From Kiritimatiellia bacterium (lineage in GTDB: Bacteria > Verrucomicrobiota > Kiritimatiellia > RFP12 > UBA3636), in contig JAEDLN010000001.1 of the NCBI GenBank assembly GCA_016295275.1, positions 2,165 through 66,164 on the forward strand: a stretch of 64,000 nt of DNA, in the 5' to 3' direction. Each line of letters opens with the position of its first letter. Position 1 is the first letter of the stretch. A program made the translations under genes and the position numbers. Shown here in pieces: positions 19,590-30,113 of the stretch. The notes below the pieces were generated by a model. It searched no databases, was not told the DNA's origin, and was given only the letters and a program-made list of their open reading frames with translations.

Positions 19590-19783
19590 TCGCATGCTTT
19601 CAATCGTCTCTTTTGCGAAATCAAGGACGAAAGACAAGGGAAAACCGGTTATACGAAAAAAAAGTTGCTTTTCGTACAATCTTGCAGATAATACCAGCCC
19701 ATGTTTGCAAGACTTTTCCATCTCCATCCCAGGGATGGCATTAGCGAAGTGAATTCTTCTGTCAGCTTGAATTAGGATTTCAT

Positions 19784-22129
19784 ATGCGTTTCAGCCATTT
19801 TTTCATGGCCGCGTTTGCGGGTATATCCATGTGTTGCATTGCCTTTTCCGCCCAAACGGTCGAAACGGAAGGGCAAACCGTTCTTGTCGCGGACTTGCAA
19901 ACGGACGGCGTAGCCGCTATCGGCGAAGGTGCAAGGCTTGACGCGGAAACCCCTTCCCATACTGAAACAAAGTCGTCCGAAGAGACACCCGCACCCGCAG
20001 AAGGCGAAAATGATATCGAAACGCAGATGATGTACCTTGTCCTCCAGCTCGGCGTGATTTTGTTCGCCGCAAAGCTCGGCGGTACGATTGCAACGCTTTG
20101 CAGACTTCCAAGCGTGATCGGAGAACTGGGAATCGGAATCATTATCGGACCGCACTTGCTTGGCTCGTTCCCGATTGGAACCATCTTTCCACAGGGAATT
20201 TTCCCCCTTAACCCGGACAGTTTCATCCCCGTTTCCAATGCGTTGTACGGGTTCTGCACATTGGCATCTATCATCCTGCTCTTCCTTTCCGGACTGGAAA
20301 CGAACTTCAAGATGTTCCTCCGATACGCATTTTCCGGCTCCATTGTCGGAATCGGAGGTGTCATTATCTCCTTCCTGGCCGGAGACCTCTGCGCTGTCTA
20401 CTTGTTGCCGAAGCTCATTTCCGCCTATCAGGGCGTAACACTTACCGTCGGCCACCCCGCGGCGCTGTTCATGGGCATTATCAGCACGGCTACGTCCGTC
20501 GGCATCACAGCGCGTATCCTTTCCGAACGAAAAGTCATCGATTCGCCGGAAGGAACGACAACCATGTCGGCTGCCGTCATCGATGACGTTCTCGGCATCA
20601 TCATTCTCGCCGTCGGCATGAGTGTCATCGCAGCCGAGAAAAACGGGAGCGGCGCCTCCGGAATCTCTTGGACGCATATCGGCGGCATTGCCCTCAAAGC
20701 CATTTGCATTTGGATTGGCGGTACGGCCGTCGGTCTCCTCGCCGCACGCAAGATTTCATTCCTTCTCAAATTCCTCAAAACCCCCGTTGCCATCGCAACG
20801 CTCGCGTTCGCGCTCGCCATCGCCGTATCCGGCATTTTCCAGATGATGGGTCTTTCCTTGATTATCGGCGCGTACGTCATGGGACTTGCGCTTTCCCGCA
20901 CCGATATCCGCTATCTGATCCAGGACAATCTCCAGCCGATCTATACGTTTCTCGTTCCGATCTTTTTCTGCGTCATGGGTATGATGGTGGATGTGCACGC
21001 CATTTCCAGCAAGCCCATCCTCATTTTCGGCTCCATCTATACGCTCCTGGCGATTCTTGCCAAGATCGTCGGCTGTGCAACCCCCGCCGCATTCTGCGGA
21101 TTCAATCTGCGCGGTTCCCTGCGCGTCGGCGTCGGAATGATTCCCCGTGGAGAGGTCGCCCTTATCATTGCCAGCATCGGTCTTTCCTCCGGCGTTCTGC
21201 AATCGGATATTTTCTCGATCTGCATCCTGATGACACTCGTCACGACGGTCGTCGCCCCTCCGGGCTTGATCGCCCTCTTTTCTTCTCCCAAGACCGGCCG
21301 CCGCCATCAGCCTACCGAAGAAAATACGTCCAAACCGTTTTCCTATCCGCTGCCAAATGCCGATACCGCATCTCTGCTGCTCGACAAACTGATTGATGTT
21401 TTCCGCAAAGAAGGATTCCAGACGGCGAATCTCAATCCGACCGAAAACATCTGGCAAATTATGCGGGAGGATGACGATATCATGGTTTCGTTGCACGACA
21501 ACGAACTTCGCTTCGAATGCAGCGATCGCGAAAAGCCTTTTTTGGTCGCAGCCCTTCGCGAGGTGACCCAAGATCTCCAAAATCTCGCGTCTTCGCTGAG
21601 TATCCCTTCCGCAGATTTGAACAAAATGATGCGGAACGTTTTCACGGCCGATCGTTCGACCCCAATCGAAACGACCGCCGACAACGATCTGCGCCGCTAC
21701 TTGAAAAACTTCCTCTATCTGCCCAATGAACACGCCGGAAGCAAAGAGGAGGCAATCCGGAGAATTGTCCGGATTTTTTCGGAAAAGAATCTCTTGCAAG
21801 ATACGGATACCGCGGTTGATTTGATTCTCAAACGGGAAACCTCCATGTCCTCCGGCATCGAGCACGGAATCGCCATCCCGCACGCCCGTACCGATTTTGT
21901 CGAAGGCCTTATCGGCGCCGTAGCCGTGTTCCCCGACGGAATTCCGGAATACGAAACGCTCGATCATTCGAAGGTACGTATTGTCATCGTTTCGCTTACC
22001 TCGCGCTCGACCCATTCGCCGCAAATCCGTCTCCTCTCCTTCATTAGCCAGCTACTGAACGAGGAAGGACGCAAGCGACTTCTTGATGCAAAGTCCGAGG
22101 AGGAAATGCGGAAAATCTTTCTTTCCTAG
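19784..22129 (+). CDS. Cation:proton antiporter (CPA2/Kef-type Na+/H+ exchanger) fused to C-terminal PTS EIIA type-2 (PtsN-like) domain
   Basis: N-terminal signal-like segment plus acidic linker. About 400-aa multi-TM Na_H_Exchanger core. C-terminal GIEHGIAIPHARTDFVEGLIGAVAVFPDGI is a PTS_EIIA_2 signature with the phosphorylatable His. Confidence 0.75.
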   Translation: MRFSHFFMAAFAGISMCCIAFSAQTVETEGQTVLVADLQTDGVAAIGEGARLDAETPSHTETKSSEETPAPAEGENDIETQMMYLVLQLGVILFAAKLGGTIATLCRLPSVIGELGIGIIIGPHLLGSFPIGTIFPQGIFPLNPDSFIPVSNALYGFCTLASIILLFLSGLETNFKMFLRYAFSGSIVGIGGVIISFLAGDLCAVYLLPKLISAYQGVTLTVGHPAALFMGIISTATSVGITARILSERKVIDSPEGTTTMSAAVIDDVLGIIILAVGMSVIAAEKNGSGASGISWTHIGGIALKAICIWIGGTAVGLLAARKISFLLKFLKTPVAIATLAFALAIAVSGIFQMMGLSLIIGAYVMGLALSRTDIRYLIQDNLQPIYTFLVPIFFCVMGMMVDVHAISSKPILIFGSIYTLLAILAKIVGCATPAAFCGFNLRGSLRVGVGMIPRGEVALIIASIGLSSGVLQSDIFSICILMTLVTTVVAPPGLIALFSSPKTGRRHQPTEENTSKPFSYPLPNADTASLLLDKLIDVFRKEGFQTANLNPTENIWQIMREDDDIMVSLHDNELRFECSDREKPFLVAALREVTQDLQNLASSLSIPSADLNKMMRNVFTADRSTPIETTADNDLRRYLKNFLYLPNEHAGSKEEAIRRIVRIFSEKNLLQDTDTAVDLILKRETSMSSGIEHGIAIPHARTDFVEGLIGAVAVFPDGIPEYETLDHSKVRIVIVSLTSRSTHSPQIRLLSFISQLLNEEGRKRLLDAKSEEEMRKIFLS

Positions 22130-22162
22130 GAAATGTCGCATCGCAGTACGTTCTCTTCCCTG

Positions 22163-22191
22163 TTGACAAATTCCGTTTTTTCGCCTACAAT
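22163..22191 (+). promoter_or_regulatory. Consensus sigma70 promoter (TTGACA, 17-nt spacer, TACAAT) upstream of the SNF2 helicase gene
   Basis: ttgaca at 22163-22168, 17-nt spacer aattccgttttttcgcc, tacaat at 22186-22191, about 54 nt upstream of the ATG at 22245. Confidence 0.7.
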
Positions 22192-22244
22192 CCGTGAAGT
22201 TTTTGTCGTTTCAATTTGGCAAATAGGGCTTCTTTTCAAACTCC

Positions 22245-25200
22245 ATGATGTTTTGGTTCCGTAATCCGCTTTTGCAGAAATTTGATTTCACGCTCGAGAA
22301 TATCCGTTCTTGGGGTGGTGAACGTCAGTATCTGGAAGCGCTCAATCAGGTGACCAAAAAGAAGTCGGTACTCAATCCAACCTACAACGACAATATCGGA
22401 GAAGCCGATATCGAGCACGCAGGACATACGATCCATACACGCTTCCGCACATTTCCGGGACGTCGTTCGGTCGTGGAAAACCTCTGCCCGTGCGCCGCTT
22501 CCCAACGAGATGGACGAATCTGCGTCCACATGCTCGCCGCTGCAATCGCCCTGGAAGCCGCAGAACGAGAGCAACGTAAGGCAAAAACAATCGAAAACGC
22601 ACAGCGCGCCCTTGAAAAAATGGGCGTCCTTCCCAAGAGCCCGAAACCCGTTTCAAAGCAGGCTCCCTCCGCATCGGCCGGAATCCCCCCCGTTTCCGTC
22701 CGCACCGCCTCCCCTTCACCCGCCCCTTCCCAGAAAGCTCCACGATTGCGCTTCTATGTTCCGGATGACTGGGTAACGCGTTTCGACGCCGGAAAAATCC
22801 CTGTCGCACTTTCCATTAGTGCCGATAATACGCCGCACGTCTTTTCACTTAGCGATATTTCAAGCGGAAAACTGATTGACTCGAATACCGGACTTCCCGT
22901 TCCCTTCAATCCGTCCGATTCCGAAAGGAAACTCCTCTTTACGCTCGAACATATCCTCTATATTCCGCCGGATGCTGCAACGGGAAAAAATCTGAGCCTC
23001 GACTGCGGACAGTTTTTCAGTCTCCTGGAACGGCTTAGCGAAGTAAATGAGCCTTTCTACCCCGTCCATGCCGAAAAACCGGTCTATATCCGGACCAAGG
23101 AAAACGCCGTTCACAACATCCTGTATGTTTCCCTCCAGGAAGCAACCGGGCGGATCGAACTGGCGCTTCATATCCGTTTTCCCGGATTCCCGGAAGATAT
23201 TTTTCCTCGCTATCTCGTCTACCGGAATGCCAAAAACTGGAGAAACGATTGCGTCTACGCCTTTTTCAACGGGGTCCTTTGGCCAATCCACACGCCGATC
23301 CCTTTTACATACGGAGAAGTGTACCGAAACCGTACGTACCTTCTCCGGCGCGATGAGACAATCGATTTCATCCAGCGGGAAATTCGCGGAAAATTGCCTT
23401 GCTCTGGAAATCTGATCCCCTTGCGGGATATTCTCCGGGAGGATTTCAATTCAACCGTCGATTTCTCCCTCTTTACCACAAAGCCCGGAAGACCCCGCTT
23501 CTCTCTTGATGTTAACGGTTCGAGAGCCTCCTTGTCGATCTCCCTGAAAGCAAGCTACTCCGATATTGCCGTGAATTTCGGAAACGGGGACTTCAATGGC
23601 AAGTCGAACGGGCTGGAAACAAAAACCTGTATCACCATCGAAGTCGTCGGAACGGAGTCGGGGCAGAACTTCACCATTCCCGATCCGAATGACAACTATA
23701 TCTACTACACCCGAAACCACGAAGCCGAACAAAAGGCGCTCAAACATCTTCGGGAAAAGATTTCCGCTCTTCTGCACATTCCTCAGAATGCGGAGACGTT
23801 GGATAATCGGGCCCTCAAGACGCTGACCATTGTCGGAGATGAAAATGTCTTGAATTTCCTCGCGACGACCGTTCCGACGCTTCGCAACAACGGATGGGAC
23901 GTTACGCTCTCGCAAGGTTTGACGGACTACCTCTCCTCTCTTGTGACCGTCGCGCCACGCGTGAAAATCGTTACCTTCCCGCGGCGGCATGGGTTCGAAA
24001 TCAGCTACACCCTGGCTTCATCCGACGGAAAGGTGGTTCTCCCCCCGGAAGTGTTCGCCAAAATCGATCCCGACAAATCCTACACCGAATTCAACGGACA
24101 TCAGATCGTGTTCGATCGGGAGGCCGTCCGCAATTTGGAAGAAATCATTCAAGAATGCGTCTCTTCCCGTAAAAAATCGGCAACCTGCGGCGAAGCGAGA
24201 TTCCTTCCGGATACGTATACCCATTTCATCAAGTCCACAATCGACGATCTCAGCGTCTCCGGCATTACGCTTGAATCGGCGCCCGAAAGCTGGTTGAAGG
24301 AAGCGGATATCTCGACGATTCGCAGCAATCTGGAACCGGTTCAGCTTGCGGAACCGGCACGATCCCTGTTGCGCCCCTATCAGGCAACCGGTGTGGCATG
24401 GCTTCGCTATTTGGAATCGAAGCATCAAGGCGGTTTGCTCGCCGATGAAATGGGTCTCGGCAAGACGTTTCAGACACTTAGCTGGCTTTCGATGCCACGT
24501 GTCTCCGGCAGTAAGGCTCCGGCACTCGTCATCTGCCCGACATCTATCGTCGACAACTGGAAACACGAATGCAACCACTACATCCCGGGTATGCGAGTCA
24601 TGACCATGACCGGAACCAAGCGACACGAGGATTTCGCAAAGATTCCCGATTGCAATCTGGTCATCACATCCTATGCCCTGATCCGTCGAGATGTCGAGGA
24701 ATACAAAAAATTCAACTTCTCCGCAATCGTGTTGGATGAAGCGCAAAATATCAAAAACCAAAACACACTGAACGCACGCTCCGTCAAACAACTCGATTCC
24801 AATGCCGCACGTCTCGTCTTGACCGGTACCCCCATCGAAAACTCCGTGGCGGATATCTGGTCGATTATGGATTTTCTGATGCCAGGTTATCTCGGACCCT
24901 ACGAGACTTTCCGCAGAACCTATGTCGAGCCCCTTCAAGGCGAAGAATCGGAATCCGAGTTGTTGCAGGAGCTTTGCCACCGGTTGCGCGAAAAAGTCGA
25001 TCCCTTTATGCTGCGGCGACTCAAAACGCTCGTTGCAAAGGATTTGCCGCCCGTTATCGAAAAAACCTCTTACTGCAAACTTTCGCCCGAACAGCGCATC
25101 GTCTACAACCGAATCCTGGAGGAGACGCGCTCCGCTGTTACAGGTTCCGTGCGAGAGGTCGGTTTCGAACGCTCGCGCATGATTATTCTGACCGCCCTCT

Positions 25201-25790
25201 TGCGCTTGCGTCAGCTTTGCTGCCATTTGGCTCTCATCGATCCCGAAGAGGCCGATAAGGCCACTACGCCTTCCGACAAAATGGAGCATCTGTTCCAGAT
25301 CCTGGATGATGCGCTCTCGGAAAACCATCGTGTGCTGATCTTCTCGCAATTCACCAAAATGCTCTCTATTTTGCGCGAAGAGTTCATCAAACGAAAAATC
25401 CGTTTCTGCTATCTCGACGGGACGATGCGCTCCGTCGAACGAAACGAACAGGTCGAACAGTTCAACTCCGACTCTTCCATCCCAATTTTTCTGATTTCCA
25501 TCAAGGCCGGTGGAACAGGTCTCAATTTGACCGGGGCAGATGAAGTCATTCTCTACGACCCATGGTGGACCCCTGCGGTTGAAGAACAGGCAATCGCCCG
25601 TGCCCATCGTATCGGACAGCAAAATACCGTATACTCCGTACGGGTCATCGCGCAAGACACAATCGAGGAACGCGTTCTTCACCTGCAACGGCGAAAACGC
25701 GCAATCATCAATGCGACCATCAAGAGCGATGACGAAATGATGTCCAAGCTGACTTGGGCCGATGTCAAGAAGTTGCTGGATATTGAGTAA
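22245..25790 (+). CDS. SNF2-family helicase/ATPase with N-terminal SWIM zinc finger (paralog 1)
   Basis: SWIM CPCAASQRDGRICVHMLAAAIAL. SNF2 motifs LLADEMGLGKTFQ, VLDEAQNIKN, LTGTPIENSVADIWSIMDFLMPGYLG, and helicase C motifs LISIKAGGTGLNLTGADEVILYDPWWTPAVEEQAIARAHRIGQ. Confidence 0.9.
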   Translation: MMFWFRNPLLQKFDFTLENIRSWGGERQYLEALNQVTKKKSVLNPTYNDNIGEADIEHAGHTIHTRFRTFPGRRSVVENLCPCAASQRDGRICVHMLAAAIALEAAEREQRKAKTIENAQRALEKMGVLPKSPKPVSKQAPSASAGIPPVSVRTASPSPAPSQKAPRLRFYVPDDWVTRFDAGKIPVALSISADNTPHVFSLSDISSGKLIDSNTGLPVPFNPSDSERKLLFTLEHILYIPPDAATGKNLSLDCGQFFSLLERLSEVNEPFYPVHAEKPVYIRTKENAVHNILYVSLQEATGRIELALHIRFPGFPEDIFPRYLVYRNAKNWRNDCVYAFFNGVLWPIHTPIPFTYGEVYRNRTYLLRRDETIDFIQREIRGKLPCSGNLIPLRDILREDFNSTVDFSLFTTKPGRPRFSLDVNGSRASLSISLKASYSDIAVNFGNGDFNGKSNGLETKTCITIEVVGTESGQNFTIPDPNDNYIYYTRNHEAEQKALKHLREKISALLHIPQNAETLDNRALKTLTIVGDENVLNFLATTVPTLRNNGWDVTLSQGLTDYLSSLVTVAPRVKIVTFPRRHGFEISYTLASSDGKVVLPPEVFAKIDPDKSYTEFNGHQIVFDREAVRNLEEIIQECVSSRKKSATCGEARFLPDTYTHFIKSTIDDLSVSGITLESAPESWLKEADISTIRSNLEPVQLAEPARSLLRPYQATGVAWLRYLESKHQGGLLADEMGLGKTFQTLSWLSMPRVSGSKAPALVICPTSIVDNWKHECNHYIPGMRVMTMTGTKRHEDFAKIPDCNLVITSYALIRRDVEEYKKFNFSAIVLDEAQNIKNQNTLNARSVKQLDSNAARLVLTGTPIENSVADIWSIMDFLMPGYLGPYETFRRTYVEPLQGEESESELLQELCHRLREKVDPFMLRRLKTLVAKDLPPVIEKTSYCKLSPEQRIVYNRILEETRSAVTGSVREVGFERSRMIILTALLRLRQLCCHLALIDPEEADKATTPSDKMEHLFQILDDALSENHRVLIFSQFTKMLSILREEFIKRKIRFCYLDGTMRSVERNEQVEQFNSDSSIPIFLISIKAGGTGLNLTGADEVILYDPWWTPAVEEQAIARAHRIGQQNTVYSVRVIAQDTIEERVLHLQRRKRAIINATIKSDDEMMSKLTWADVKKLLDIE

Positions 25791-26091
25791 GGGGTTGCCG
25801 CTTTGACGATCCGTCTCACTCGGTTGTTCCCCGGAACAATCTTGACTGCTTGATGTGGAAAGGACGATCCGCTTGATGACCGGTACTTTTCAAAAAAGGC
25901 TCCTTTCCAAATCCATTCGACCGTTCCTCGGTTGCAAAACATGGTTTCCCAATTTCCGTGTGGGCTGCAAATCCTTTCGACGCACGGTTTCTCCTTCGGA
26001 ATCCCTTTTTCTTTCCTAGCTCCGTTTTCCGGTTCTCTTCTGTCCGTTTCTCCCGAACTGCCAGTACATCCGGTCGCGATACTCTTCTTCC

Positions 26092-29000
26092 ATGGACATT
26101 TCCCATTCCAATTCTCGCCCTTTGCGCGAAACGTCGATCCCCTTTTCGTATACGGTCAACGATATCCGTTCCTGGGGCGATCAGGCCTCCTTCAATGCCG
26201 CCTTGCGAGCCGTCAATCGTGGGGATGTTCTCAATGCCGATTACGATGCAAAAACGCAAATCGGGTCCGGCGTCGTCAGTGCAAACGGAAACCTCGTAAA
26301 CGCTTCCTTCCAGCTCTGCAACTGGAAATACTGCAATGCCGAAAACCGGTGTTCGTGCCAAATCGGACAGACCGGTTCCATGTGCTTTCACACCCTGGCA
26401 ATTGCCATCAAGCTCGCTCGCTTGTACGAGGCGAAGACGGGCGCCGACCGGAAATCGGCAGATTCGAATCTCCCCACCGAAATCGATCTCCCAAAGCAGA
26501 CCGTCCTTCGCGATGCGAAAAACGGCGAACCGGTTTCCCTCGTCTTTGTCCTTCCGAAAAATTGGACAGAGCTCATGAACCAGCACAAGAGCGTATTGCT
26601 GGGCATCTACCTGACCCCACGACTCGCCTCCCCGAAATCATCCCCCACCGCTATTATCCATATCGAAAAGGCTATCCTCCTGAAACGCTCCCTGAGCCTC
26701 GAACATGAGGACGATATGATGCTGATGCTGCTCGAGGAAATGGCGGAAGGATCCCTGACAGGGGAATGTCGCGTAAACCCGTCTTCCCTCCTTTGGCTTT
26801 TGGACTACCTCGGGAATCTCGGACGCCCTATTTATCAAAGCGATATCATCGATTCGCCGACCAAGAACAAGGAGCGTCATGTCGTGAAATCGATCCAAGA
26901 GACGCTCCCGATTCGGATTCGGACGGAGGCGGATGCCTGCGAAACCTTTATTCGCTGCTCCTTCAACCCGTGTCTTCGTTCGATTGACGCATCAATCCAT
27001 GCCGATATTCCAGGCGTAATCCCGCCTCAAGAGATAACCTATATCGTGCCGGGCGGCGAAAAGGGATATGCCATAATCAACTCGACGGTCGAAACATCCG
27101 GCTATGCTTTCGAATTGATTCCTCTCAAAAGCATCCTGCCGATCGTTTTCCGGCAATTTTACATCAAGCCGATCCGCATCGATCCGTTGCACGTATACCG
27201 CTTCCTCAAATACGAACGCAATACCTTGCAAAACAGCCTCCCCGTCAAAATCGATCCGGAGGTCGAGTCGCTTTCCTGGACGCCGCTTTCTCCGCAATTC
27301 CTTCTAGAGGTCTCCATTCCGGAGCAGGAAACGCCTCCCAAAAACGGATGGCGTCCCTCTCCGGGAAATTTGCCCAATCGACTGTCCATCTGTCTGAAGG
27401 CATGCTACGAACCGTTTCCCGGAAAACAGCCAGCGCAAACCGTTGTTGCAGGATTCCCCGGATGCTATTTCTCCATTCCCGATCTGAACGATTCCTACCA
27501 CTATTTCATTCGGGATCTGGCCGCAGAGCAAAAGGGTCTGGAAATGCTCCGTTCTTTCGAAATCCCGGGGCAAACGGAAGATCATGCGGCAACACTCCTT
27601 CTGGAAGGTCAAGACCAAGTCCTCCACTTCCTCTCGACAACCGCTCCTCAAATCGAAGCGCTTCTCGGTTGGTCTGTCGATTTCTCCCCTACCCCGGCTC
27701 TCCATAAACTCGTTCAATCGTTCGAACGAATCGGAATTGAAGTCAAAATCAACGAGAGCAACGGAGACCTGCCGTCCGTTTTCAGCTTGACGGTTGCCTA
27801 TAAAACCGTCGGGAGAAGGCATTACGTCCCTGAAAAGGAAATCTTGGAAGCCGCTGCGGAAAATCGAACCTACCTGATTGACTACGGGCCGCATAAAAAA
27901 GAGCCTCGGCAACGTCCGGTCCAACCTAAAATTCAAATTTTCAACTCCGGTATCATTCAAGCCTTTCGGGATCTGGAACAGGAATGCCACGCATTTCGAA
28001 ATCCCCTTGATAAAGCCCAGACCATGAGCAATGGTTTTGCGCCTTTTGTGGTCAATCGAATCCGTCGACTGAAAAGCTCCGGTGTAACATTCGACACAAA
28101 CGCCTCCGCTTGGGTGCAAAAATACCTTCGCCCGTTCGAAACCTCCGAATCCGCAAAGGATCGTCAGGAAATACGCCGTCTCCTCCCTCGTATCCTCCGT
28201 CCCTACCAGCTGGAAGGCGTCCTTTGGCTCCGTTGGCTTGAACGAAACAATTTCGGCGGTATTTTGGCAGACGAAATGGGGCTTGGAAAAACCCTGCAGG
28301 CGCTTGCATGGATTTCCATGCGGAGAATCTACGAACCGCAAACGAAACGTCCCGTTCTTGTCGTTTGCCCGACCTCTCTCGTTCGAAATTGGGAGAGCGA
28401 AGCGCATCGATTTGTACCCCAACTCAAAACCCTCGTCCTTTCCGGCACCGATCGACACGATGTTTTCCGGTTGATTCCGGAATGCGATCTCGTCATTACC
28501 TCCTATGCGCTTCTTCGCCGGGACGTCGAACTGTACAATACGGTCCTGTTCTCCGCCTGTCTGCTCGACGAAGCCCAGAATATCAAGAACCGAGATACCG
28601 ATAACGCCACGAGCGTAAAGCAAATTCGGGCCCGCACCCGTATCGCCATTACGGGTACGCCAATCGAAAATTCCCTTGCAGATCTTTGGTCCATCTTTGA
28701 TTTTCTCATGCCGGGATATCTCGGAACCTACGCCGAATTTCATACCCGCTTCGAAATTCCGATCGCTCTCCGCCATAGCGAGGCCGCAAATCCTACCGAT
28801 ATCCGGGAAGCCGATATTCTCCTTTCCAAACTTCGGGATAAAACCGCCCCCTTCCTTCTCCGCCGTCTCAAAACAACCGTCGCTCAAGACCTTCCGGAAA
28901 AACTGGAACAAATCGTGCCGACCGAAATGACCGCCGATCAGCAAAAGGTCTATCGTTCGCTACAGGAACAGATCGGACGCAAAATTTCCGACTCCGTTTC

Positions 29001-29733
29001 CGAAAACGGCTTCGAACGCTCTCGCATGCTCATCCTTTCCGGTCTCTTGCGCCTCCGTCAGGCTGCCTGCCATCTTTCGCTGCTCGGCAATCTCAATCCG
29101 TATCCGAATTCGGAACATCCGTCCGGAAAACTTTCCCAGATGCTCTCGATTTTGGAAAATACCATCGCAAGCGGCCATCGCGTGCTCATTTTCTCCCAAT
29201 TCGTCGAGATGCTGCATCTGATTCGAGACGCATTGGACAAACGCGCAATCAAATACTGCTATCTGGATGGAACTTCCAAGGAAGAGGAACGTCTGGAGAA
29301 TGTTCGCCAGTTCAACTTTAACCACAAAATTCCCGTCTTTCTGATCTCTTTGAAGGCCGGCGGAACGGGACTTACGCTTACCGGGGCCGATGAAGTCATT
29401 CTCTTCGATCCTTGGTGGAATCCCGCCGCCGAACAACAGGCGATCGATCGAACCCATCGTATCGGTCAAACCCGTACCGTCCACGCAATTCGCCTCATCA
29501 CTCCCGGTACGGTCGAAGAAAAGGTGCGTCTCATGCAACAACGGAAGAGCGAAATCATCGCAGCGTCCATCGGTACGCCGGACGAATCCGCTCCTTCCGA
29601 GTCGGAAGCCATCACGAAAACCGATACCGAGACCGTCAACTCCCTCACCTGGAGCGATGTCCAGACGCTCTTCGACCTCCCCGATGCCACGCCAAAACCG
29701 GCTCCCGAATCCCACGCCGATCCGCACGCCTGA
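26092..29733 (+). CDS. SNF2-family helicase/ATPase with N-terminal SWIM zinc finger (paralog 2)
   Basis: SWIM CSCQIGQTGSMCFHTLAIAIKL. SNF2 motifs ILADEMGLGKTLQ, LLDEAQNIKN, ITGTPIENSLADLWSIFDFLMPGYLG, LISLKAGGTGLTLTGADEVILFDPWWNPAAEQQAIDRTHRIGQ. Confidence 0.9.
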   Translation: MDISHSNSRPLRETSIPFSYTVNDIRSWGDQASFNAALRAVNRGDVLNADYDAKTQIGSGVVSANGNLVNASFQLCNWKYCNAENRCSCQIGQTGSMCFHTLAIAIKLARLYEAKTGADRKSADSNLPTEIDLPKQTVLRDAKNGEPVSLVFVLPKNWTELMNQHKSVLLGIYLTPRLASPKSSPTAIIHIEKAILLKRSLSLEHEDDMMLMLLEEMAEGSLTGECRVNPSSLLWLLDYLGNLGRPIYQSDIIDSPTKNKERHVVKSIQETLPIRIRTEADACETFIRCSFNPCLRSIDASIHADIPGVIPPQEITYIVPGGEKGYAIINSTVETSGYAFELIPLKSILPIVFRQFYIKPIRIDPLHVYRFLKYERNTLQNSLPVKIDPEVESLSWTPLSPQFLLEVSIPEQETPPKNGWRPSPGNLPNRLSICLKACYEPFPGKQPAQTVVAGFPGCYFSIPDLNDSYHYFIRDLAAEQKGLEMLRSFEIPGQTEDHAATLLLEGQDQVLHFLSTTAPQIEALLGWSVDFSPTPALHKLVQSFERIGIEVKINESNGDLPSVFSLTVAYKTVGRRHYVPEKEILEAAAENRTYLIDYGPHKKEPRQRPVQPKIQIFNSGIIQAFRDLEQECHAFRNPLDKAQTMSNGFAPFVVNRIRRLKSSGVTFDTNASAWVQKYLRPFETSESAKDRQEIRRLLPRILRPYQLEGVLWLRWLERNNFGGILADEMGLGKTLQALAWISMRRIYEPQTKRPVLVVCPTSLVRNWESEAHRFVPQLKTLVLSGTDRHDVFRLIPECDLVITSYALLRRDVELYNTVLFSACLLDEAQNIKNRDTDNATSVKQIRARTRIAITGTPIENSLADLWSIFDFLMPGYLGTYAEFHTRFEIPIALRHSEAANPTDIREADILLSKLRDKTAPFLLRRLKTTVAQDLPEKLEQIVPTEMTADQQKVYRSLQEQIGRKISDSVSENGFERSRMLILSGLLRLRQAACHLSLLGNLNPYPNSEHPSGKLSQMLSILENTIASGHRVLIFSQFVEMLHLIRDALDKRAIKYCYLDGTSKEEERLENVRQFNFNHKIPVFLISLKAGGTGLTLTGADEVILFDPWWNPAAEQQAIDRTHRIGQTRTVHAIRLITPGTVEEKVRLMQQRKSEIIAASIGTPDESAPSESEAITKTDTETVNSLTWSDVQTLFDLPDATPKPAPESHADPHA

Positions 29734-30113
29734 AAACATCCGTTTTTGGCAAATCCGTTCTGGCGAAACCCCGTCGCAAACGCCCTCATTCGTCAGAGGC
29801 GGCGACATCAGTCGGTTGCGGCGCTTCGAAGCAACGTCAAGTATTCGCAGTCGTCAATACCATCGCGAATCGGCTTCGGACGGCGCAACGTCCTCGAAAC
29901 ACCTGCCCCTGCCGCCTCCTGAGCAAATAGCGCGCAAAAGCGATGATGCCATTTATTGCCCCCCGCATCGGTACCGCGCAAGATGGCATGGGCGACGGCA
30001 GAGCGTGAGAGTCCCGCTTCCCCAGCCACGCCGGAAAGCCCGGCGCGAACGCGAGCGGGCTTCCCTAGTGTGGCTATTGTCGGGTTGGCTCATGAGGCCC
30101 TTTGCTCATGGCA

